From: Thermoanaerobaculia bacterium
GTDB lineage: Bacteria; Acidobacteriota; Thermoanaerobaculia; UBA5066
NCBI GenBank assembly: GCA_048500275.1
Contig: JASNYI010000002.1
Coordinates: 144,784-208,783 of the forward strand
Direction: 5' to 3'
Length of the DNA: 64,000 bases
Positions 23,379 through 31,169 of this stretch are shown in pieces (positions within the stretch are counted from its first letter, which is position 1; each line of letters starts with the position of its first letter). The translations under genes and the position numbers were made by a program. The notes beneath the pieces are model-generated. The model made no database searches and had not been told where the DNA came from. It saw nothing but the letters and a program-made list of their open reading frames with translations.

Positions 23379-24749
23379 TCAGATCTCCCGCAGCACCGCC
23401 TTGGCGATGAGGAGGTAGATCGCGAGGCCGGTCGCGTCGACGAGCGTCGTGATGAGGGGCGCCGAGGCGACCGTCGGGTCGAAGTCGAGCTTCTCGGCCA
23501 GGAGCGGGACGAGGGCGGCGATCGCGTTCGCCCAGATGCAGACCGCGAGGATCGTGAGGCCGACCGTCAGCGCGAGGTGGGGCCCGACGCCCCAGAGCGT
23601 GACGCGCCCCACCGCGATGACGCAGAGGATGCCGCCCAGGATCAGCCCCGCGCTCATCTCCCGGAGCGAGACGCGCAGGGCGTCCTTCACTTTCACCTGC
23701 TTCAGGGCGAGGGCGCGGATGATCGTCGAGACCGTCTGGCTCCCGGCGTTGCCGCCCGTGCCGATGATGAGCGGGATGAAGAAGGAGAGTGCGACGACCT
23801 TCGAGAGCTCCCCCTCGAAGTGCTTCAGGACGCTCCCCGTCAGCGTGCCGGCGAGGAAGAGGAGGAGGAGCCAGCCGAGCCGGCTCTTGACGACCCGCCA
23901 GATCGGCGCGCCGAAGTACTCGAACTCGTGCCTCTCGTCGGGGTCGCTGGGCGCGGCGACGGCGCCCATCGCGAGCGCGGCCTCGGTCTCCTGCGCGACG
24001 AGGACGTCGACGACGTCGTCGACGGTCACGATGCCGAGGGCGCGTCCCTCCTCGCTCACGACGGGCATCGCGTTGAAGCCGTACTTGGCGACGAGGCGGG
24101 CGACCTCCTCCTGCGGCGTGTCGGGCGCCACCGAGATGACGTCGTGGGTCATCAGCTCCCACACCTTCCGTCCGGGGTCCGAGGGAAGGAGCTTGCGGAG
24201 CGACATGACGCCGACGAGCCGCCCCTTGTCGTCCAGCGCGTAGAGGTCGGCGACCGTGGCGACCTCGGGGTCGATCTTCCGGAGGTGAGCCATCGTCTCG
24301 GCGACGGTCCAGTCGGGCGCCACCTTCACGAACCGGTCGGTCATGAGCCGACCCGCGGTCCCCGGCTCCCAGGCCAGGAGGCCCCGCGCGGCCTGGGCGT
24401 CCTTCGCCGACATCCTGTTGAGCACCGGGAGGCGCCGCTCCTCGGGGAGAAACGAGAGGAGGCGGGCCGCGTCGTCGGGCTCGAGGGTGTCGAGCGCCGC
24501 GGCGATCATCGCGGGGGGGAGGCGCGTGAGCGCCATTCGCAGGACCCCGCCGCCGATGTAGGAGAGGACTCCGCCGAGCTGCTCCTCGTGCAGCTGCTCG
24601 AGGACCGGGATCCGGTCCTCGCGCGGGATCGCCGCGAGGAGGTCGGCGACGTCGGCCGGGTGGAAGTCCCGGAGGCCCTCGCGGAGCGCCGCCGGATCGT
24701 CTCGGACGATCTCGAGGACGTCGGGGCCGAGGAGCTCGCCGATGCGCAT
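23379..24749 (-). CDS. mgtE: Magnesium transporter MgtE
   Basis: HPADVAD N-domain, TAGRLMT + CBS pair, RLGWL, IIGTGGNAGSQ, DPTVASAPLITTLVDATG. Confidence 0.96.
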   Translation of the reverse strand: MRIGELLGPDVLEIVRDDPAALREGLRDFHPADVADLLAAIPREDRIPVLEQLHEEQLGGVLSYIGGGVLRMALTRLPPAMIAAALDTLEPDDAARLLSFLPEERRLPVLNRMSAKDAQAARGLLAWEPGTAGRLMTDRFVKVAPDWTVAETMAHLRKIDPEVATVADLYALDDKGRLVGVMSLRKLLPSDPGRKVWELMTHDVISVAPDTPQEEVARLVAKYGFNAMPVVSEEGRALGIVTVDDVVDVLVAQETEAALAMGAVAAPSDPDERHEFEYFGAPIWRVVKSRLGWLLLLFLAGTLTGSVLKHFEGELSKVVALSFFIPLIIGTGGNAGSQTVSTIIRALALKQVKVKDALRVSLREMSAGLILGGILCVIAVGRVTLWGVGPHLALTVGLTILAVCIWANAIAALVPLLAEKLDFDPTVASAPLITTLVDATGLAIYLLIAKAVLREI

Positions 24750-24792
24750 GCCGGGGGAGTGTAGTCCGGCTTCGTGAAGCTCCGGGGCCGGA

Positions 24793-26178
24793 TCAGGCCA
24801 CGTCGACCTCGGCTCGGCGAAGGGACCGGAGGACGAGGCGCGGCGGTCCGACCCGGAGAGGGGCGTCGAAGAGGAGCGCCCTCAACCGGCCGACGGCGGC
24901 ACGAGCAACGGTCTCCGGGCGGAGGGCCCCGAGGAGCACGTGCCGGACGAGGACGGCCGCTTCGACGGGCCCGAAGGCTCCGACGAGCCGGGTCTCGGGA
25001 AAGCCGGCCTCCGGGCGTGCGGGCCCCTCGTGGAGCGGGAGTGTCGCGGCGGGGAGCGACGGCAGAGCCTGCGTGCCGCTCCTCTCGAGTCCTCGGTCCG
25101 CCGCGAGGAACGCCGGAACGTCCAGCGGTGCGACCTCGTCCACGGCGGTCGGACCCGCTTCGCCGCAACGGGAACGGACGGCCGCGACGGTCGCGAGCTC
25201 GCGGCCGTCGCGCGGGTCCTCGAGGACGAACGGGAACCTCCACACCGGGACGAGGACCCGTCCTCGAGGGGACCCGGGGAGCTCGGCGTCGTAGGGAACC
25301 CGGAGGAGCCGTCGGCCGGAAACGACCCAGGCGCGGCGACAGGCCGGGCAGATCCTGAGCTGGCCCTCGCGATCGAGTGGAAACGGGGAGGCGCACTCGG
25401 GGCAGCGCATGGGCCTGAAGGCCGGTTGCGGCGCGACGGGCAGGTCCCGATCGGCAAGCTCCGACAGGAGGGCCTCCAGGGCGGCTCGCGAGAGGAGCGC
25501 GATGGCCTGGCGCGCGCCGTCGTCGACGACGACGCCGGCGCGGGAGAGGCCCGACGACACCGAGACGAGGCGGCAGGGGCGCAGGACGAGGACCCGGGTG
25601 AGCGGAAACGCGACGGCGCGACGGGCGAGAGGCGGCGCGACGCCGGCGTGCGCCGCCTCGTGCTGCGTCCCGTCGGCTTCCCAGACGGTCTCTCCTGCGT
25701 CGAACGGGGGAGCCAGGACCGTGCGGCGCGAGACGACGGAGAGGAACCGGGCGTCGACCTCGGCGATCGGGGGCGCCGAGGGCAGGCCCAGGGAATCCCG
25801 GAGCGCCGTCCGCGCCACCTCGGCGCGCCGGGAGGTGACGCTGGCTGCGGGATGACCGTCGGCGCCGCGGACGACGGCCGCTTCGTGGACCCTCGCGACG
25901 AGGACTCGGACGGGCGCCACGAAGGGGTGAACCGACTCCACGACCGGGTCGGGGCCGATCCGGCCGCGGCGGCGCATCTCGTCCGCGAGGGCGGCGCGGG
26001 CGAGCGCGCACGCGTCTTCCTCCGAGGTGCGGCTCGAGATCTCGGCGACGGTCGTACCGGCGCCGCGCAGGATGAGGTGGGCGCTCCCGCAGCTGTCGCA
26101 ACGGACGGCCGTGCCGGCGGCGTCGAGGCCGAGCGCCGCGCCGCACGCCGGGCAGGAGACGCCGAGACGGACGGCCAC
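24793..26178 (-). CDS. Hypothetical protein with two zinc-ribbon modules
   Basis: CPACG...CDSCG at the N-terminus and CPECA...CPACR mid-protein. GTG 26178 lies just after the kinase stop. Confidence 0.7.
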   Translation of the reverse strand: MAVRLGVSCPACGAALGLDAAGTAVRCDSCGSAHLILRGAGTTVAEISSRTSEEDACALARAALADEMRRRGRIGPDPVVESVHPFVAPVRVLVARVHEAAVVRGADGHPAASVTSRRAEVARTALRDSLGLPSAPPIAEVDARFLSVVSRRTVLAPPFDAGETVWEADGTQHEAAHAGVAPPLARRAVAFPLTRVLVLRPCRLVSVSSGLSRAGVVVDDGARQAIALLSRAALEALLSELADRDLPVAPQPAFRPMRCPECASPFPLDREGQLRICPACRRAWVVSGRRLLRVPYDAELPGSPRGRVLVPVWRFPFVLEDPRDGRELATVAAVRSRCGEAGPTAVDEVAPLDVPAFLAADRGLERSGTQALPSLPAATLPLHEGPARPEAGFPETRLVGAFGPVEAAVLVRHVLLGALRPETVARAAVGRLRALLFDAPLRVGPPRLVLRSLRRAEVDVA

Positions 26179-26183
26179 GGGCG

Positions 26184-27509
26184 TCAGGCCCTCGGAACGG
26201 CGCGGGTCTCGGCCGACCCCCGTGCTCCCGCGGCCGGGCGGGCGACGAGGGCCGTCACCTGGCCGAGAACGTACGGGTCGTCGATCGGAATCCGCCGGAG
26301 CCGGTGGAACCAACGCATCAGGCGCAGGAAGTCCCGATCGACCTTCGCGGCCTTGGCGGTCTGGAGGAGGAGCGCCGGGTCGTCGGGCTCCAGCCGGAGC
26401 CGTGCCTCGAGGTCGGCCGTGCGGCTCCGGGCGGCACCGCGCTCGACACGGTACCCGGAGGCCCCGAGAGCCTCTCTGTAGAGCGTTCGGGCGTCGGTTC
26501 CCTTCGGGTCGTGCGACACCGCGAGGACGGCGGACCAGAGGAGGACCTCGGGCGATGCGGCCCCGGAAGCCGCGAGCCCCTTCGCCCGTGCCAGGCTCTC
26601 CGTCGCGAGCCGGACCGACCGCGCGGCCAGCCAGGGGCCGGGCCCGGAGATGAAGGACCGGAAGAGGCCCGCCGCGTCCGCGGCGCCCATCGCGGCCAGC
26701 TCCGCCTCGGCCGCCTTCGCCGCCGCCGCCGCGCTCGCGAACCTCGCGTCCGGGCGCTTGCGGAGGAGCTTCTCGCAGAAGGCCTCGACGCCCGCGGGGA
26801 TCGACGGGTCGTGGAGGAAGAGGGACGGGGGCTCCTCGTCGACGATCCGCCGGAGCGTCGTCGCCGGGTTGTCGGTGAGAAAGGGATTCGAGCCGCTCAG
26901 CGCCTCGTGGAGCATCACCCCGACGGAGAAGAGGTCGGAACGTGCGTCGAGGCGGGTGGCGGTCGCCTGCTCGGGCGACATGTACGCCGGCGTTCCGATG
27001 ACGCTGCCGGTCTGGGTGAGCCGCGTCATCTGGCTCGTCTTCGAGATGCCGAAGTCGGCGACCTTGACCGCGCCCGCCCTCGTCACCATCACGTTCTGCG
27101 GCTTGACGTCGCGGTGGACGATCCCCCGCTCGTGGGCGCAGCCGAGCCCCTTCAGCGTCTCGGCCGCGACGAAGAGCGCGAGCTCGGGCGGGAGCCTGGG
27201 GAGGTTGTCGAGGACGGTCCGGACGGTCCCGCCGTCGATGAGCTCCATCGAGAGGAAGAGCTCCGCCCCTTCGCCGAACTCGAAGAGCTCGAGGACGTTC
27301 GGGTGCTTCAGCTGCGAGTGGAGCCGCACCTCGTGGACGAACCGGCTCCGGAACTCCGGGTCGTCGGCCACCTCGGGGAGGATCCGCTTCAGCGCCACCG
27401 GTCGACCCGAGCGCGTGTCGACGGCGGCGAAGACGGCCGCCATTCCGCCCTTCGCCAGAAGCCGCTTCACCTCGTAGCCGGGGAGGGCGGGGAGCGCTCC
27501 CGCGCTCAC
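26184..27509 (-). CDS. Hanks-type Ser/Thr protein kinase with helical (TPR-like) C-terminus, no TM
   Basis: LAKGGMAAVF, VALKRI, HRDVKPQN, DFG, GTPAYMSPEQ, DLFSVG. The GTG start overlaps the upstream stop. Confidence 0.93.
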   Translation of the reverse strand: MSAGALPALPGYEVKRLLAKGGMAAVFAAVDTRSGRPVALKRILPEVADDPEFRSRFVHEVRLHSQLKHPNVLELFEFGEGAELFLSMELIDGGTVRTVLDNLPRLPPELALFVAAETLKGLGCAHERGIVHRDVKPQNVMVTRAGAVKVADFGISKTSQMTRLTQTGSVIGTPAYMSPEQATATRLDARSDLFSVGVMLHEALSGSNPFLTDNPATTLRRIVDEEPPSLFLHDPSIPAGVEAFCEKLLRKRPDARFASAAAAAKAAEAELAAMGAADAAGLFRSFISGPGPWLAARSVRLATESLARAKGLAASGAASPEVLLWSAVLAVSHDPKGTDARTLYREALGASGYRVERGAARSRTADLEARLRLEPDDPALLLQTAKAAKVDRDFLRLMRWFHRLRRIPIDDPYVLGQVTALVARPAAGARGSAETRAVPRA

Positions 27510-28204
27510 GGTCCTTCCTTCCCGGTCCAGACTACGTCGTCCTCGTCGCCGGGCGTGCCGTTCGGTCCCGGGGAGCGGATCTCGCACTCCTCGAAGAGGG
27601 GCGTGCCGTCCTCGGACGGGTGGGGGCGGGGCTTCTTCGCCACGTACGCGATGGGGTTCCCCCAGCCGTCGGTGAAGAGGTGCTTCGGGGCGGGTCCGAT
27701 GCGACGCTCCACGGCCGCGAAGTCGGCGGGAAAGCCCCCGCTCTCGATGCCGTAGATCTCGACGACCTTCTTCAGCTGCCGGATGTGGTCGGCCGTCGTC
27801 GCTCGCCGCTGGGCCCGGAAGAAGATGGAGAAGGAGACGAGGGCCGGGACGACGAGGAGGAGGATCGCCCACACCCAGCCGGGCATTCGGACCGAAGAGG
27901 CGGTGTTCCGCGCCGCCCAGGTCGCGCGCGCCGCGGCCGATGGAGATGTCCTCGAATCGTGACCGCACTCGGGACAGGTCGTGACGCCGGCCGCGCGGAG
28001 CGTCGTCGCGCCGCAGAGCGCACAGGTGACCGGCAGGGGCCTCGGCGCTCCCCTCGCGGGCTCCTTCCGGAGCGGGGCGCGACAGAACTCGCACGCGGCG
28101 GCGCCGGGCGTGTTGGGCCAGCCGCAGCTCCCGCAGGGGCGGGCCGACGGGGCAGCCCCGGTGTTGGCCGGGGCGGGTGCCGGGGGGTGGCCCGGGACGG
28201 ACAT
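27506..28204 (-). CDS. Double zinc-ribbon + TM + GspG (type II secretion pseudopilin G)-like domain protein
   Basis: CGSC/CEFC and CALC/CPEC pairs, TM WVWAILLLVVPALVSFSIFF, then IRQLKKVVEIYGIESGGFP...DGWGNPIAY...IRSPGPNGTPGDEDD. GGAGG RBS upstream. Confidence 0.75.
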   Translation of the reverse strand: MSVPGHPPAPAPANTGAAPSARPCGSCGWPNTPGAAACEFCRAPLRKEPARGAPRPLPVTCALCGATTLRAAGVTTCPECGHDSRTSPSAAARATWAARNTASSVRMPGWVWAILLLVVPALVSFSIFFRAQRRATTADHIRQLKKVVEIYGIESGGFPADFAAVERRIGPAPKHLFTDGWGNPIAYVAKKPRPHPSEDGTPLFEECEIRSPGPNGTPGDEDDVVWTGKEGP

Positions 28205-28242
28205 CGGCGACCTCCGCCTCTTCTGACGGCCGGAATTGTAGG

Positions 28243-28638
28243 ATGACCTCCGTGAAGGTCCGCGCGGTTTGTCCCGCCTGCGGCCGCCCCGCCTCGTCGC
28301 CCGGCCGCTCCGAGTGCCTCTACTGCGGCGCACCGCTGACGGCGGTCGTCACCGGAACCGTCTCGGCGGCCGGGAGCGGGAAGCCGGTGACGGTGGCGCC
28401 GGAGAATCTCAGGAGCCCCGGTCCCGTATCGCTGGCGACCCCGGTACCCCCCCCGGCCGCGAAGCCGGCCTGGATGAGATACGAGGCCGAGGAGCGGCCC
28501 GTTGCCCGCTTCTTCGAGAGCGGCTGGGTCCGCTTCTTCCTCGTCGTCGCGTTCGTCCTCGCGGGCATCCTGGCCATCGCGAAGCTCATCGACGACCACA
28601 GGCCGCCGGGGTTCGTGCAGGATCCCGTGGAGCGGTGA
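28243..28638 (+). CDS. Zinc-ribbon + Pro-rich linker + C-terminal TM small protein
   Basis: CPACG...CLYCG and TM FFLVVAFVLAGILAIA. Start ATG 28243 or GTG 28252. Confidence 0.7.
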   Translation: MTSVKVRAVCPACGRPASSPGRSECLYCGAPLTAVVTGTVSAAGSGKPVTVAPENLRSPGPVSLATPVPPPAAKPAWMRYEAEERPVARFFESGWVRFFLVVAFVLAGILAIAKLIDDHRPPGFVQDPVER

Positions 28639-28756
28639 CCGGCGGCGACGCGCTGCGCCCTGTCTCGGGCTCTGCGGTCCCCGGCGTCCGGGTCGGCTCG
28701 CAGTGCCCCGGATGAGGACGGAGGGGCGGCCGCCCCTCCGTCCCCCGGTCCTCTTC

Positions 28757-30685
28757 TCAGGCCGTCGCTTCCGCGACCTGCTCCTTTCGCCCGGTCATCA
28801 GCGAGACGACGACGAGGACGAGGAACCCGAGCGGGATCGTGACGATGGCCGGCTGGCTGAACGGCACGAGCGCCCCCGCCGGGTCGAGCCCGTAGACGTC
28901 CTTGAACGCCTGAGCGCTCAGGAGGATCCAGGCGAGCGACGAGACCATGCCGACGAGGATGGCGGCCGTGATTCCCTGCTTGGTCGTCCGCTTCCAGAAG
29001 AGGAGCATGACGAGCGACGGCAGGTTGGCCGAGGCCGCGATGTTGAACGCCCAGCCGACGAGGAAGTTGACGTTCATCTTCGCGAAGAGGATGCCGAGGA
29101 CGATGGCCAGCGCCCCGACGCACATCGCAGCGACCTTGGCCGAGCGGACCTTTCGCGCGTCGTCCATCTTCATCTTGAGGAAGTTCGTCATCAGGTCGTG
29201 CGCCACGGCGCCGCTGGCGGCCATGATCAGTCCCGAGACGGTGCCGAGGACGGTCGTGAACGCCACGGCGGAGATGACCGCGAAGAGGAGCTCGTTGAAG
29301 CTCCGGGCCAGGAGGGGGGCCGCCATGTTCGAGTCGGTGACGTCGAGGGTCCCGGAGGTCATGGCGCCGAGCCCGAGATAGAGCGTGAGGACGTAGAAGA
29401 ATCCGATCGCCGCGATCCCGACGACCGTGCTCTTGCGGGCGCTGGCCTGGTCCTTGACGGTGTAGTAGCGGATCAGGATGTGCGGCAGGGAGGCCGTGCC
29501 GCAGAAGAGGGCGAGCATGAGAGAGAGGAAGTCGAGCTTGTCGCCGAGCTTCTCGCTGCGCACCTTGCGGAAGGTCGGGCTCGAACCGGGGGTCATGAAG
29601 TCCCGACCCTCGGTCGGCTTCTGGAAGTAGACCGTCGTCGCGCCCCCGCCCGGCTCGGCGATCTTTTCGCTGCCCCAGAGGACGATCTCGCTGTCCTGCA
29701 TGGTCTGGAGGAACGAGATCGGACCAAGCGGTCCGGTCTCGGTCGCGCCGCCCGGCAGGCGCGAGGCGTGCCCGACCGGGATCAGGTCGCCCTCGCCGGG
29801 GCCCTTCCCCTGGGGGCGTCCGTTCGCGAGCCGGCGGCCGTTCGGAAGGACGGTCAGCGTCTGGGCCACGTCGAGGGCCCCGCCTTCGGACCGGCGCCAG
29901 ACCGTCACGAGCCCCGTCGCCTCGTCGCGCACGCGGACGTACGGCTTCCCAACCCAACCACCCTCCTCGGGGAGGACCGTGACCCCGGGGGCGCCGGTCA
30001 CCTCGGCCGCGGGCACGCCCCGCCGGAGCGAAGCGGCCCCGTTGGCGTCGTCCCCGGCGTCGGGCGTCCGGATGCCGCGGTAGAGGATCATCAGCGTCAT
30101 CAGGAAGCAGAGGGCCACGAGGGCCGAGCCCTTGATGAACTGGACCCACGTCGTCGAGACCATGCCGGCGGTCGTCACGATCAGCGTGACGACGCAGCCG
30201 ACGATCAGGACGCCGACCCAGTGCGGGAAGCCGAGCAGGGGCGTGACGAGGGCGCCCGCGCCGACCATCTGCGGGATCAGGTAGAAGCAGCTCACGACGA
30301 GCGTGCTGATGGCGGCCGCCAGCTTGATGCCGCGCGAGTTGAACTTGTTGTCGAGGGCGTCGGCGAAGGTGTAGCGGCCGAGGCGCTTCATCGGCTCGGC
30401 GACGATGAAGAGAGCCACGATCCAGCCGGCGAGGTAGCCGATGGAGTAGAGGAACCCGTCGTAGCCGAAAAACGCGATCATCCCGCAGATGCCGAGGAAC
30501 GACGCGGCCGAGAGGTAGTCCCCGGCGAAGGCGATGCCGTTGACGGCCCAGTGGATCCCGCCCCCGGCCGCGAAGTAGCCCTGGGCCGACTTCGCCTTCC
30601 CGCCGAGGTAGAAGCTGATCGCCAGCACGGCGCCTGCGAAGAGGAGGAAGACCCCGATCGCGACGGCCGAGGAGGCGTGGATCAC
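28757..30685 (-). CDS. actP: Cation/acetate symporter (SSS family) with enlarged extracytoplasmic loop
   Basis: NGIAFAGDYLSAASFLG, GYDGFLYSIG, YLIPQMVGAG, GTASLPHILIRYYTV. Start overlaps the DUF485 stop. Confidence 0.93.
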   Translation of the reverse strand: MIHASSAVAIGVFLLFAGAVLAISFYLGGKAKSAQGYFAAGGGIHWAVNGIAFAGDYLSAASFLGICGMIAFFGYDGFLYSIGYLAGWIVALFIVAEPMKRLGRYTFADALDNKFNSRGIKLAAAISTLVVSCFYLIPQMVGAGALVTPLLGFPHWVGVLIVGCVVTLIVTTAGMVSTTWVQFIKGSALVALCFLMTLMILYRGIRTPDAGDDANGAASLRRGVPAAEVTGAPGVTVLPEEGGWVGKPYVRVRDEATGLVTVWRRSEGGALDVAQTLTVLPNGRRLANGRPQGKGPGEGDLIPVGHASRLPGGATETGPLGPISFLQTMQDSEIVLWGSEKIAEPGGGATTVYFQKPTEGRDFMTPGSSPTFRKVRSEKLGDKLDFLSLMLALFCGTASLPHILIRYYTVKDQASARKSTVVGIAAIGFFYVLTLYLGLGAMTSGTLDVTDSNMAAPLLARSFNELLFAVISAVAFTTVLGTVSGLIMAASGAVAHDLMTNFLKMKMDDARKVRSAKVAAMCVGALAIVLGILFAKMNVNFLVGWAFNIAASANLPSLVMLLFWKRTTKQGITAAILVGMVSSLAWILLSAQAFKDVYGLDPAGALVPFSQPAIVTIPLGFLVLVVVSLMTGRKEQVAEATA

Positions 30686-30966
30686 GACGCCCCTCCCGTG
30701 GTCGACTTGCGGCTGATCACCAGATAGAGGAGCGCCAGGACGAGAGCCGCAACGATCAGCGCGAAACCGTAGGAGACCGAGAGGTTCACACCTCCGAGGA
30801 ACGGCCGGCCCATGACCTCCGGCCGGAAGGCCGAGAGGGCCATGAAGCCCCCGTAGAAGAGGACATAGACCGCGAAGAGCCCCACGCCCAGCCGCGAGTT
30901 GTAGGCGACGACGTGAGCCTCTTCCTGCTCCGCCGCACCGGTTGCCTTGAAGTCGAGTCCGCCCAT
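30682..30966 (-). CDS. DUF485 (YjcH-like) small membrane partner of ActP
   Basis: Two TM helices (LGVGLFAVYVLFYGGFMAL; GVNLSVSYGFALIV), directly upstream of actP. Confidence 0.85.
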   Translation of the reverse strand: MGGLDFKATGAAEQEEAHVVAYNSRLGVGLFAVYVLFYGGFMALSAFRPEVMGRPFLGGVNLSVSYGFALIVAALVLALLYLVISRKSTTGGAS

Positions 30967-31023
30967 GGTCCCTCCCCCGTTCGCTCTCCGGACGTCGCAC
31001 GTCCGCCTCGTGAGCAGCGAGGC

Positions 31024-31053
31024 AGCGTATCCGCGCGGCGCGCGAGCTGTCAA
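31024..31053 (-). promoter_or_regulatory. Sigma-70-type promoter for DUF485-actP
   Basis: TTGACA (31053-31048), 18-nt spacer, TACGCT (31029-31024). Confidence 0.55.
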
Positions 31054-31169
31054 CGAACGAGATGTCCAGATACGTGCGATCTCGACGTCCGAACAGGACT
31101 GGACCGGGGCTGATGGCCCGGTCCGGCCCGTCGGGGGAGGGAGCGGGGCCGCGGCGGGCCCCGAACGCG

